A stretch of DNA of 64,000 bases from Octopus vulgaris (Eukaryota): NCBI GenBank assembly GCA_951406725.2, contig OX597835.1:10726001-10790000 (forward strand). Reading direction: 5' to 3'. The notes beneath the pieces were generated by a model that was not told the DNA's origin, did not search any database, and saw nothing but the letters and a program-made list of their open reading frames with translations. The position numbers were made by a program, and so were the translations under genes. Position 1 is the stretch's first letter; each line of letters starts with the position of its first letter. Of the stretch, positions 12,332-26,143 are shown piece after piece.

Positions 12332-13147
12332 ATATGGTCATGTGTTGCAAACGGATAAGGACAGCTGTGTGAAAAAGTGTCACACCCTAGCAGTTGAGGG
12401 AACCTGTGGAAGAGGTAGACCCAGGAATATCTGGGATGAAGTTGTGAAGCATGACCTTTGAACATTGGGCCTCACTGAGGCAATGATAAGTGACCGAGAC
12501 CTTTGGAGATATGCTATGATTGAGAAGACCCGGCAAGCCAAGTTAGACCATAACCGTGGCATATGCCAGTGATGCATAACCAGCCCATGTAAGAGTACCC
12601 TTCAATCATTGGGTAATAAACTACACTTATGAAGATCTGTTGAGGAAAGAAAAATTGTTGTTGTGGTCAATGACAGTACCGCCTTATTGGCACCCATGCC
12701 AGTGGAACATTAAAAACACCAGTCAAGTATGATTATTGCCAGGGCCACTGACTGGCTCCTGTGCCAGTGGAACGTAAAAACCACCATTCAAATGTGATCG
12801 TCGTCTGTGTTGCCTGACTGGCTCCTGTGCCGGTGATGTGTAAAAAACACCATTCAAGCATGGTCGTTGCCAGTGCCGTTGGACTGGCTTCTGTGCACGT
12901 GACACGTAAAAAGCATCATTTGAGCGTGGTCATTGCCAGAACCGGCTGACTGGCCCTCATCCTGGTGGCACACAAAAGCACCCACTACACTCTCAGAGTG
13001 GTTGGCGTTAGGAAGGGCATCCAGCTGTAGAAACTTTGCCAGATCATATTGGAGCCTGGTGCAGCCCTCTGGCTCACTTGCCCTTAGTCAAACCGTCCAA
13101 CACATGCCAGCATGGAAAGCAGATGTTAAACGATGATGATGATGATT
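12332..13147 (+). mobile_element. RTE-clade LINE: ORF2 C-terminus plus 3'UTR and (GAT)n tail, decayed
   Basis: Translates YGHVLQTDKDSCVKKCHTLAVEGTCGRGRPRNIWDEVVKHDL*TLGLTEAMISDRDLWRYAM, typical of the RTE ORF2 end (GH..R...GRGRPR.TW...DR..WR). Confidence 0.88.
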
Positions 13148-13222
13148 TCATGTACAGGAATGCATTTGTGGTTAAGAATGTCTCTTTGTAACTGAATGGT
13201 TTTTCAATACCATCTTTTAAAA

Positions 13223-13494
13223 CAGTGGTTCCCAAACTTTTGTGGGTGGCCACCTCCTTGACACTCAGGCCACATTGCTAATGCCCCCACCCCAACTAAC
13301 CATCACAACCATAGACCTCTTTCCGAAGTAAAGTCAAAGCAACTGTATTTCACAAATATAACTTAATGAACCCTTTATTTTGTTGTTTTTACATGAATTG
13401 CTACCCCATTATCATCCCGCTTTTCTTCAATGCCCCCTAGGAACTTTCCACCCCCACCCCAGGGGAGCAATATTGCCCACTTTAGGAACCACTG
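13223..13494. mobile_element. hAT (Charlie-like) MITE
   Basis: TIRs CAGTGGTTCCCAAA / TTTAGGAACCACTG; 8-bp flanks TTTTAAAA / TTTTAAAG (7 of 8 match). Confidence 0.88.
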
Positions 13495-14044
13495 TTTTAA
13501 AGCAGTTTGTTAACTTATGAACAAGATATTATTGAAAATAAGATATTTGGGTACTTTTTCTGTTTTCTGGCCCCCGTGGAAATCGAAGCGTTTACTTTCT
13601 CAAAAGTAGTGGGATTCCAGGTGACATTTCGGAATGAAAGTAAAATGGCAAGCGACAGAATGTTGGCTAAATACTCTAACACATCCAGTTTGATATTGTT
13701 GTTATTGAAGTTGGATCCACCAAATATTTTAATTAAATTCCTAATTAACACAAGCATAGTGTGGTTATTAACTAATCGGGCATATCAAATGTTAATAGAA
13801 GAGACTTTGAAAGATTAACAGTAAATACATTAGACATAATTACTTTTCTGCACAATTTTGGTCTTCTTTGTTGTGATGGAATTTGTCTTGGTTGAGGTGA
13901 GGATGTAAATCCCAATGAAAAGTGCATCATGCCACTGGAGGTCTGTTGAGGTGTACCAAAAGCATTTCTATCCAATGTGTTTTTTTTCCAAGGAACACTA
14001 TCTTTTGTACGAGTCATTGAGCTCATGGGATACTCGGTAAACGT

Positions 14045-14662
14045 TATTCTTTTCTAGTCTAGGCACAAGGCCCGAAATTTTTTGGGGAGGGAGTCAGTCG
14101 ATTAGATCGACCCCAGTATGTAAATGGTACTTAATTTATTGAACCTGAAAGGATGAAAGGCAAAGTCAACCTCGGCAGAACGTAAAGACAGACAAAATAC
14201 CTATTTCTTTACTACCCACAAGGAGCTAAACATAGAGGGGACAAACAAAGATAGACAAATGGATTAAGTCGATTACATCGACCCCAGTGCGTAACTGGTA
14301 CTTAATTTATCGACCCCGAAAGGATGAAAGGCAAAGTCAACTTCAGCAGAAAGACAGACAAAATACCTATTTCTTTACTATCCACAAGGGGCTAAACACA
14401 GAGGGGACAAACAAAAATAGACAAACGGATTAAGTCTATTACATCGACCCCAGTGCGTAACTAGTACTTAATTTATCGATTCCGAAAGGATGAAAGGCAA
14501 AGTCGACCTCGGCAGAATTTGAACTCAGAACATAACGGCAGACGAAATACGGATACACATTTCGTCCGGCATGCTAACGTTTCTGCCAGCTCACTGCCTT
14601 CAGACAAAATACTGCTAAGCATTTCACCCGGTGTGCTAATGTTTCTGCCTTCTTGCCGCCTT
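14045..14662 (-). mobile_element. SINE family C, trimeric tandem
   Basis: Three copies of core gactttgcctttcatcctttcggggtcgataaattaagtaccag (reverse strand), which resembles the Meta/MESC SINE domain as I recall it; tRNA-like head gagctggcagaa...gagttcaaatt. Confidence 0.85.
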
Positions 14663-15393
14663 ATACTAGGTAAATGGTAAAGACCATCAAAACACTTTTG
14701 TTTTATCCTGCTTTCAAACTGCTTTCGCTTTTTTTATGCAACAGATAGGAATTTTCATCTTTTGGTTTGGAAATTGCCTACTTCTGACAAAACCATTATT
14801 TTCACTTTAAGGGAAATGAAGTGAAAGCATTTCTTGTTTAAAAATCAAAGCGATTTCAAAAATGTGGAAAAGAAGCCCCAGTGTAACCACCTTGGGTATT
14901 TTCTTCTATAGCCCATGACCAACAGGCGCCATGTAAGAGAATTTGGTGTAAGAAAACTGCTAGAAGCTCATTATATATGCAAATGTATGCGAGCATGTGT
15001 GTGTGTATGTGTGGTGGAAATGTTTATATTCAACACTTATCTTCTTTTAAGTAAAGTACGACTGGTGTTTATGTTTGTTCCTTCTTGGCATTCTGGCCAG
15101 TCACTGTGCACTTTCAGAGACCTGTTGGGTTAAGAAATCCTTTCCTGGGAAACACAGGTGAGGGTTGGCAACAGGAAGAGCGCCCAACCATAAACTCCTG
15201 CCTGAAATTACTCTCCATCTAAACATGGGAAAATGGGCTTGAAATGCTTGACTGAACAAATGACTATAATATCTATTATGTTGGAATTCCCATTACAATA
15301 AACTAGGTTTCCTGTTAATAGATTGGTTCTTACAACATTTAGCAGTCAGCTGGAAATCAGATCAGTATAAGGAAAGAAAATAATACACAGATA

Positions 15394-15472
<79 letters not shown>

Positions 15473-15518
15473 CACACACATATATACACATATATACGCA
15501 CATGCATACATACATACA

Positions 15519-15554
<36 letters not shown>

Positions 15555-15629
15555 TATACGTATATACGTATATACATACATACATGTATATACATACATA
15601 TATATATATACGTATATACGTATATACAT

Positions 15630-15672
<43 letters not shown>

Positions 15673-15673
15673 T

Positions 15674-15704
<31 letters not shown>

Positions 15705-15851
15705 CATACATATATATATATATACATATATACATACATGTATATATATATACATACATATATACATGCATATATATATATACACACACATACACATGCT
15801 CTCTCTCTCTCTCTCACACACACAGGCACACAGGCACAGATGCACACACAC

Positions 15852-15896
<45 letters not shown>

Positions 15897-16118
15897 GCAC
15901 GCATAAGTTTAATCCATAATCATGAATCCAACAAAATATAATTCTGTTGAACTTTGAAACAACTAACTTTGAATTCTTAATTCGTAATGGGCTGCAAATT
16001 TTCTTTTGAAAGTGTTGCCTCCAAGAACACAGACACATAAAGCATAGGTAAGTGTATGCGTGTGTATATATACATATGTGTGTGTGTGTGTGTGTATTAT
16101 ATATATATATATATATAT

Positions 16119-16167
<49 letters not shown>

Positions 16168-16388
16168 GTGTATATATATATATATGTATATAAATATGTA
16201 TATATATATATATATATGTATGTATATGAATATGTATATATATATATGTATATATATGAATATATGTATATGTATAAATATGTATATGTATATGTATGTA
16301 TATATATATATGTATATGTATATATATGTATATATATATATGTATATGTATATGTATGTATATATATATATATATGCATATATATATG

Positions 16389-16432
<44 letters not shown>

Positions 16433-16559
16433 AATATATATGTATATATATATATCGTTGTGTGTGTGTTGGACGGTTTCGACCGGGGTCTGGGGAGCCG
16501 GACTGCCCCAGGCTCCAGTCTAGTCTATACATATATATATATATATATATATATATTGA

Positions 16560-17072
16560 AAGCATGACTGATCTTGATTATTGGAACTGCTGCCTTAAAG
16601 CCTTGAAACTCTACTCTCTCCAGCACCACTGTGAACATCATTTGTACGATGTGGAGAATATACTGCCAGCATTGCCCAAACGACCTGAACATTAGTTTCA
16701 AGGTTCATCCAAGGCTGGGACCAATAGGCCATACATCTCCTGCCCAATTCAGGATCACAGCATATAGGTACACTGCAACATAATTTCTTTTCCTCAACAG
16801 GCCCTGCCCTGTTTAACATTGTCCCGAAAGAGATCAAAGAGGAAAAGGATCCTATCACCTTTAAACGGAGTCTGGACAGATTTCTTCAAGGAATACCAGA
16901 CAAGCCACCCATACCTGGATACAACTCAATCAACAAGAACTCACTATTTGAATGGACCATAAGCAAAACTTGACTCAAACAGGATTTAGATAATCCTATC
17001 AGGTGGTGTTATTAAGTTAGACATGGCCTGGACCAATCTTTGGTTGAAAGATATCTAAGTTTTATCTAAGTT
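16560..17072 (+). mobile_element. CR1/L2-group LINE ORF2 C-terminus plus 3'UTR, decayed
   Basis: Frameshifted [18 protein letters not shown]...GPALFNIVPKEIKEEKDPITFKRSLDRFLQGIPDKP; short repeated tail tctaagtttta x2. Confidence 0.82.
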
Positions 17073-17109
17073 TTATATATATATCTATGTATATACATAT
17101 ATGTATATA

Positions 17110-17145
<36 letters not shown>

Positions 17146-17172
17146 TATATATTTATATAGATACATATATCT

Positions 17173-17702
17173 ATCATCCTCATCATAATTCAACGGCCGT
17201 TGTCCATGCTGGCATTTCTTGGACAGTTTGACCATGGCTGATAAGCTGGAAGGCTGCACCCGACTCCAGCCTGATTTGGCATGTTTTCTACGGCTGGATT
17301 GTTCCTCCTAACACTCTGGGTGTGTGTAATAGGTGCTTTTATGTGCCATTTGAGCGACACTGGTATCTGCCATAACTGCGATCTTACTCGACTGGATCGG
17401 ACTTCTTCTCAAGAATGACATAATGCCAAAGTTTTCAGTCGTTCCCTTTGTGAAGCCCAACACTTGAAAGAAATGCAGACACTTTGACTCTGCGAGGTCC
17501 AGCGCTTGAAAAGAACTTGACCACTATGTCTCCATGAGCCCCAACACTTGAAAGGAATTCAGCCACTTTTGCCCCCAAAAGGCTCATAGTTTCATGAAAA
17601 TCATGCTTCACCACTTCATCCTGTGTGTTCCTGGGTCTACCCCTAGCACCAGTTCCCTCCACAGTTAGAGATTGGCACTTATTTACACAGCTGTTCTCAT
17701 CC
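17173..17702 (-). mobile_element. RTE-type LINE 3' end (related subfamily)
   Basis: Minus translation DENSCVNKCQSLTVEGTGARGRPRNTQDEVVKHDF; degenerate (GAT)n tail at ~17173. Confidence 0.8.
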
Positions 17703-17949
17703 ACACACACACACACACAGACATATTTACACACATACACACAGACATGCATACACATATTTAAAATTTTCTTGATATAAATGTAGCTCATGATTTTGTT
17801 ATGAATCACACTAGCAGAAGATCTGCTCTTTTATATTGTATATTCATCCGAAAATAGATTTTCAACCTCCCATTTAATGACTCCAGCTTGGGACATCAAA
17901 AAAAAACAAAACAAAAAAACAAATCATTACTTTGGCAATGATGTTGAGA

Positions 17950-18465
17950 CTGTAATACATATAAGAACCCTTTGTCGCTGTTCACAAGTGCCCATTCATC
18001 GGTGACAACGCTGAGTTTTTGAAAATCTAATGTGACCACAGACAGCATCAGTGGAATCATCTGTGGACCTTAGATTCTATTATCTTTTGTATGAACTGTA
18101 AGAAGTTCTTCTGTGCCATAAACTGCTGCCAGTTTTGTTCAGTTTGAGATCTTCACAATAAACAGCGCTGAAACAGATCATTGCTGATTTCCAAGAACTT
18201 GAGGTGGTCTTTTGTGGCGCCATGAAACCTCTGTGTTTTTGTTTTTTTTGTTTGTTTGTTTGTGATAGGGTTTTTCTGAGAACTTACTCGTGATAAAGTA
18301 AATTCTTTATAAACATGAAGTTTGAAAGCAGATGACAGGACCAGCCCATCACATGTGGTACTTGATGAGGTGAGCTTCCATGCTGAGATAGCCACCCCCT
18401 TGTCCAGTGCTTCTTTATCAGGTGTCAGAGATTTCTATCTCTTGCTTCATATCTGCTTTACAACC
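17950..18465 (-). mobile_element. Old RTE (BovB-like) LINE ORF2 3' fragment
   Basis: Minus frames give LSMEAHLIKYHM*WAGPVI...LLYHE...QRFHGATKDHLKFLEI, like RWAGHV..LLYGEL..RFKD.LK..LK. Confidence 0.6.
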
Positions 18466-18474
18466 ACCTAGGAT

Positions 18475-18508
<34 letters not shown>

Positions 18509-18575
18509 CTATATACATAGTCATATGTTTGTGTATGTATTTGTATCTCTCTCTCTCTCTCAATCTCTCTCATTC

Positions 18576-18649
<74 letters not shown>

Positions 18650-18679
18650 AGATAGACACACACACACACTGACACATAT

Positions 18680-18846
18680 TTCTCTCTCTTTACTTTCTCT
18701 CCCTGTTTCTTTCTGTGTCCCTTTCTGTGGAAGACCGTAGGCTTGAAATGTTTAAGACATTTTCACTTCCAGAGCATTAAACTAATACATCTGTTTGTTG
18801 TCTACACCACCTGTCATCGTCTTTTGTTTTTTTGTGAATTCTCCCT
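18680..18846 (+). mobile_element. Second, diverged copy of the Penelope-like terminal fragment
   Basis: ctttctgtggaagaccgtaggcttgaaatg...actaataca...ccacctg..cgtcttttg aligns to 6330-6480. Confidence 0.65.
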
Positions 18847-18848
18847 AT

Positions 18849-18887
<39 letters not shown>

Positions 18888-18993
18888 AATAACTATATAT
18901 GCATATATATAAATAACTATATATGCATATATATATATATATATATGCTTATATATATCTCTCTCTCTCTATATATATATGCATATATATCTA

Positions 18994-19024
<31 letters not shown>

Positions 19025-19265
19025 CTATCTATCTGTATATATATATATGTATATAGTATATATACATTTATATATATGTATATAGTATATATTTATATAT
19101 ATAGATATATATGTATATATAGATATATATACACACATGTATATACATATATATATACATATATATATATACACACACACATATATATATACATATACAT
19201 ATATAATATATACACACACGTATATACATATATATATACATATATACATACACACACATATATAC

Positions 19266-19302
<37 letters not shown>

Positions 19303-19411
19303 TATATATCTAAATATATATATATAATGTGTGTGTGTATATACATATATATATAGTTGTATTAATGAAGTGAAACCAAGTAGTGTGCACTGCTCCTTAG
19401 CATAACATGAA

Positions 19412-19447
<36 letters not shown>

Positions 19448-19984
19448 CTGCATCCACTTTAGTCTCTAATTTCACCACTCCAAGCAGTGACCATCCCCCC
19501 ACTCCATCAGCATTACTCACTTTCTCTCTGTTATTTCATTAGTTTCTACTGTTGTCTGATAATGGAACTCAGCTCAGAATTCACATGACTTCACGGGCAT
19601 CTCTATTTATATATACTTACACAGAATCTATTACGTATGAATACACACACACACACACACACACATACACACACTCCCACACATGTGCATACACACACAC
19701 TGTCGTGCACACATACACATACATATGTATATGTTTATGTATGCATATATATATATATAAATGTGTGTGCATATGTATGGACACATATGTATATTTACAT
19801 GCATATACATATATATATATATATACATTTCAGAATATTTGTATACGTGCATATATATAATGTTTCTGTATGTGTGTGTGTGTGTGTGTCTATATCTCAA
19901 TGTATGTATGTGTGTGTGTTTATATATGTATAAACATACACATGCATATGTATATATATCCATGTATATCTATCTATCTATCTA

Positions 19985-20023
<39 letters not shown>

Positions 20024-20252
20024 ATATATATAGTGAGAGAGAGAGAAAGAGAGAAAGAGAGAGAGAGTGTGGGAGAGAGAGATATGCACACACACATCCA
20101 TCTCACACAATATATATATAGAGAGAGAGATAGAGAGACAAAAACAGAGAGATAGTTTTACACATGCACACGCATACAGTTCCATAGAAAGTTTCCCATA
20201 CACGCATGCCTACGTACAACACCCCCGCCCACTCACAAATATCAAAAGAATA

Positions 20253-20326
<74 letters not shown>

Positions 20327-21002
20327 TATGCATGTATATAATTGGCCATATGTCTTCGTATACATATATTCATGCTGTTCCGTATCAACATTTTATCTGT
20401 CCACACAGGCATGAAAATATTCATTTGCGCATGTGCCTATGTGCACACACACGCATGCACACACACATGCATAGTTTGCGTTGCATGTGCATAGCGGTAC
20501 ACATGCATTATGTCTGTATGCAACGAACAATGTTATATCACAGATGTAAATCATTAACAAGTATTTACAATAGTTTCTGTCTGTGTGTATGCACGTGTGT
20601 GTGAGTATACATATATATATATATACATATATATGTATATATATGTATATATATATGTGTATTTAGATGTATATATATATGTATATATATATATATGTAT
20701 ATATATATGTATATATACGTATATATATGTATATATATGTATATGTGTATATATATGTATATGTACATATGTATATATATATGTATATATATGTATATGT
20801 ATATATATGTATATATATATGTGTATGTGTGTATATGTATATATATATATATATGTATGTGTGTGTATATGTATATATATATATATATGTATGTGTGTAT
20901 ATATATATATATGTGTATGTGTGTATATATATATATATATATAAAACAATGTAAAATTGTATATATATAATTACACATACATACACACACCTTTATTTTG
21001 AA

Positions 21003-21038
<36 letters not shown>

Positions 21039-21039
21039 T

Positions 21040-21308
21040 GTGATGGTATATGGCCTACTGATTAATTAGGGTGTTGCACTCATGGACACTAGGTTGTGGG
21101 TTCAATTCACAGATTGGGCAGCATGTTGTGTTCTTGAGAAAAACACTTCCTTACATGTTGCTCCAGTGCCCCTTTTGATCAAGTTGGGAGGGGTGTTGGC
21201 TGCTCACCTCGCCAGCAGGAGGGCATCGTTTGAAGACGAACAGAATGCAAAGTACATTGTGACCAGTGATGTGTAACGATACCTGATAGTCTGGTCAGTA
21301 ACATGATA
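21040..21308 (+). mobile_element. tRNA-derived SINE family B, old copy
   Basis: 3' end cattgtgaccagtgatgtgtaac..ctgatagtctggtca matches the 34345 and 49420 copies. Confidence 0.65.
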
Positions 21309-21419
21309 TAAGAGATATATATATATATTATCTACACATGAATGCATATTTAAAGGAAACATATACACACATATATACATGCTCAAACATATTTATATAT
21401 ATATATATATATATATATC

Positions 21420-21680
21420 ACCTGTGTCGGGGGCACATAAAAAAAACACCATCCGAGCGTGGCTGTTCGCCAGCCTCGTCTGGCACCTGTGTCGGTGGCA
21501 CATAAAATCACCCACTACACTCTCGGAGTGGTTGGCGTTAGGAAGGGCATCCAGCTGTAGAAACACTGCCAGATCTGACTGGCCTGGTGCAGCCTTCGGG
21601 CTCCCCAGACCCCAGTTGAACCGTTCAACCCATGCTAGCATGGAAAGCGGACGTTAAACGATGATGATGATGATGATGAT
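21420..21680 (+). mobile_element. RTE-type LINE 3' end
   Basis: Family 3'UTR plus (GAT)n. Confidence 0.85.
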
Positions 21681-22204
21681 ATATATATATATATATATAT
21701 AGATATATATATAGATATATATATACACACATACTCACATACACTACAGGTATCACTATGTATGTGTGTGTATTTACATGTATATGTGTGTATATATGTT
21801 TTCATGTGTGAGTGTATGTCTCTGTGGATAGACATGCATACACACTCTTTTAGATATGCGCATACATGCACATATACGTAAAGTATTTTTTTCCTTCTTC
21901 CTTAGTTTCCATTCCGTTTTCATTCCCCCTCCACCCTTTCTTCCCCCCTCCCCCGCCCCCCCCCCCCCTACACACCACGATATCAGTGTCACTCTGCAAA
22001 CGTATTTTCCCTGTTAGCGTTAAGCAAAACGTTAAAAAAAAAATTAAAGAAAAAAAAACAAAACATTTACCAAAGATATATAAAAAATGCAAAAAAAAAA
22101 AAAAAATAATAATAACACACACACACACACACACACACACGCAAAAAACGACAGAAAGAAAAAAATAAAAATTAAAAAAAAAAAATGGTAAGAAAAATCA
22201 ATGG

Positions 22205-22325
22205 AGCGCATACTGAGTCAGATATTGTGATTGGTTGTCGATTGGTTAGAGGAAGTGTAACATGTGGTTTCTACAAAGAACCAATCATTTCACAAGACGT
22301 ACACTTTGAATTTCTTGGAACAGGC
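22205..22325. promoter_or_regulatory. Candidate promoter/enhancer: 3 CCAAT boxes plus AP-1, ETS, RUNX and STAT motifs
   Basis: TGAGTCA 22214; ATTGG 22230 and 22241; GAGGAAGT 22249; TGTGGTT 22263; CCAAT 22281; TTTGAA 22305; TTCTTGGAA 22312. Confidence 0.45.
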
Positions 22326-22589
22326 TTCGCAACTTTACTACTGCAATGGAATTCATTGTCTTCTTTTTTGTGTGTGTATTTTTTTTTTCTGTTTTCCATT
22401 TTGGTTTTGGAACTTTTTTATTCTCAGCTTCCTTTCATGTCTTTAACCGTTTTTTTTTTTCTTTTATATTTGGTATCTTATTACTCTCAGCAGTGGTCAT
22501 TTATGTATGCATGCAATGCATGTATATACATGTGCAATTACACATGTATATAGGTGTAAGAGTGTGCATGTGTATTTGTCACGAATCTT

Positions 22590-22627
<38 letters not shown>

Positions 22628-22804
22628 CACATATATATATACATACACATATATATATAATTATAATAAAGGGTTTTTTGCAACAAGTTGCTTAAACCAC
22701 ATACTGAAAATATTAGAAATAGCAGCCAAATAGGTTACTATTACTATTACTACAAAAATAAGTCTCCGCAAACAACAGCCTTTGTAACTAATATAGATTT
22801 GTAG

Positions 22805-22856
<52 letters not shown>

Positions 22857-22896
22857 TGTATACATATGCATACACACACGTGTGTATGTGTATGTC

Positions 22897-22927
<31 letters not shown>

Positions 22928-23111
22928 ATGTATGTGTATGTATGTATAGTTGTCGATAAATTTCATTTGTAACTTCTAGTTGCACCAAAGCTCATTAATG
23001 TAATTATTATTAATTAAAAAATAAACACATCTTGCTGAAAGTGATTGAAGGGATTTCTTAAACTTGAGCAAAACCATGAGTTTTTAATGACAGGATCTAA
23101 TTAATTAATGA

Positions 23112-23165
<54 letters not shown>

Positions 23166-23939
23166 TTATAATGAATTCAAATTTTGGCAAAAGGTCAGCA
23201 AATCTATTTTTTTCTTTAGTGAGGTATAAGTTGATTATATTGACCTCAAGAGGATGGTAGGTAGATAATTATTGTACCCTGTACTCAGGTGCACTACAAC
23301 TCTTTTGTGTTGATCCAAGAATGTAACAGATGTGCAGGTACACATTGTACGAAGGCCCTGGGGTAATCAAGAATATAACGAACTTTAAACTTGCCATGAA
23401 TGTGACCTGAACTTGCCATTAATGGATGTAACTTAAGTGCAATAAGGCATTTAACCATTTTGAATTATGTTACCTTAGCAACTCCACCACATTTAAATCA
23501 TAACAAAAAAAAAGTGTATATAAGAAATTCAAAAAGTAAATAAAATAAAGATATTTAAAAAATGTTTGAATTGGAAAAAGAAATCCAAGTTGGGTACGAA
23601 ATGAAAGAATTCTAACCAGAATGAAGAATATAATTATATGAAAACTGTTTCGCTTGGGTTATTGTTGTTTAGGTCCCCAGGACTGTTTTGATCATGTAAA
23701 ACCTATGATCACAGTCATTCCGTCTGTGACCATCCAGACTTTTGGAGTATATACAACTATAAAATGTGTCCCTTTTTATAGACTGTAGGCTGTGATTTGA
23801 GGGAGACTTAGCAGTTATTTCTAGCTGGGTCACTGACTGTATTCAGACTTCTTTTTTTGTTTCTATTTTATGCCAGTTATGTATTTCCATTGGACACAGC
23901 ATTCCTGTTTTTTTTTTTGTTTTGTTTTTTTGGTAGGGG

Positions 23940-25200
23940 TGAGGACATCTAAGTATTGACAGTAAAATGATTGAAGAATTTGGAGTAAAAAGAGAAACTT
24001 TTAGATTCATTGTTCGTAAATTGGCTGGAAGAATTTGGTGTGGAAACAAGGGCCATTGCTGCTTTTTTAATGAGGTTGTCAGAAGTGAAAGTGAAAATAA
24101 GGATCCTAGATTAACTGTCAACAGAGTGTTAGTAGGACTTGCAGTAGAAAGAGAAACTTATAGATTTATTGTCCAGAAAGGGTTAAAGAGACCTGGAGTG
24201 AAAATAGGGGCCTTTGGAGCAAAAATGGAGACCACTAGATTTTTTTTTTTTTTTTTGTCAGGAAACTAGTTATAAAAACTTGGGATTAAAAGAAAGACTG
24301 CACTGTCATTAGGAAAGAAGTTGGAGAGGAAGCTGAGACACTTGATGCATATAAGTGAGGTAGTTCGAAATTTGGGGTAAAAACAGGGACCCAAAACTTA
24401 TTGACAGTATAATAGAGAAAAATTTGGAGTGAAAATGAAGGCCTACTTTTAATGTAAGGAAATTAGTTGGAAGAACTTGGAGTGAATAGAGACACTTAAA
24501 CTCTTTAGTAGTAAAGTAAAAGAGTTTAGATTGGAAATGGAAACTCTTACATTTTTTGTCAGGGAACCGATTTGAAGAAATCAGGGTTAAAAGACAGACA
24601 TAGAGTCATTAGATGTGAAGTAGAAGAACCATGGTTGGTGTGAAAACAGAGCACCCTGGATTTCTTATTGATGAAGGGTTTAGAAGAAATTTAGTGTAAA
24701 GAAGGACCCTTAAACTCATTGGCACCAAAGTAGAGGAATTTGGAGAATTTGGAGTGACAATAAGGGTCCCTAGATATTTTGTCTAGAAACTAGTTAGAAG
24801 AACCTGGGGTTAAAAGCAGGACCTCTAAGGTGAAGTAAGAATTGGGAGTGAGAACAGGGTTCCTTGATTGGTAGCAAACTAGTTAGAAAAATTTGGGGTT
24901 AAAAGAGACCTTTGTGGTCATTAGCAGTAAAATAATTATGAGTTGGTAAGAAATCAGGAACTGTGGATGCCAAATCAGTGAGGTTTGAAGAACTTGGAGT
25001 ACAAAGATTAACTCTTCTACATGTCAGCAGCAAAGGAGTTAGAAGTTGGTATGAAAACAGGGACTACTAGTGTTATTGTTAGTAAAATATTTAGAAGGAT
25101 TTACAGTGAAAAGGGGGCCTTCTTGATTTAATTTGTTCAGAATGAGTATTTAACAAGGGCCCTTCTTCAATGAAGTAGTACCCCAATGATAAAGGACCAT
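23940..25200. repeat. Highly degenerate tandem array, ~50-56 bp period
   Basis: Recurring agaa(t/c)ttgg(a/g)gt(g/t)aaaa core followed by ggaccc/tagat-type segments, about 20 times. Confidence 0.75.
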
Positions 25201-25759
25201 AAATTTATAGTGAAAAGGGTATAGAAAGTTGTCTCATTGACTATAAATGCCTGTTGCTTATTTTTCTTGACCCCAGAAAGATGAAATACAAAGAAGGTTT
25301 TAGTAGGATTTGAACTTGGATCACGAAGTGACAAAAGTTTAAAGACAAAAAAAAAATAACATTAAACAAAAAAAAAATAAAACTATTTCAGTGCCAAACG
25401 GTCTTGTCAGAAAATGAAGAAACTTGTGCGATGCTTTGATAAGTGGAGAAGCGTGGCAAATAGGATAATGACAAACAGTAATAATAACCATTTTGATAGT
25501 AATAATAGTAATAATAATAGTAATAGTGGTAATGACCTTGAAGTTAGCTGGAAACATTACAGAATAGATTTACTCACACCAGGAACAAGAACAAAAAAAA
25601 AAAAAAAGAAAAACAAAGAAAAGAAAAGTAAATGTGAAAAATACTTACTTTTAGAATTAGTTGTGTCACACTGTGTATATATGTATATATGTATATATAT
25701 TTATACACATATATATACATATATATATGTGCGTGTATTGTTATGTGTGCGTGAACATG

Positions 25760-25794
<35 letters not shown>

Positions 25795-26091
25795 GTATAT
25801 GTGTGTATGTATGTGTATGTATGTATGTATGAGTGTGTTTATGTGTGTGTTTATATTTCAAACAGGTGAGAAGTCTTGTTGATTATTTTTTTTTTTTTTC
25901 CGAAAATAAAACAAACAACCCAATAAAAAGTGAAAATAAAGGTGAATGCAGAAAATTGTTGATTTGTGGAAGGTCTTGTATATATGTATATATCCAGTTT
26001 TCGACGAGCAGAGGAACTGGTTCTGGTTGTAGTACTCTTCGTCTTGTGGTTACCGTTGTGATGTTTATCTTGGTAGCAGCAGAAGACCTGC

Positions 26092-26143
<52 letters not shown>

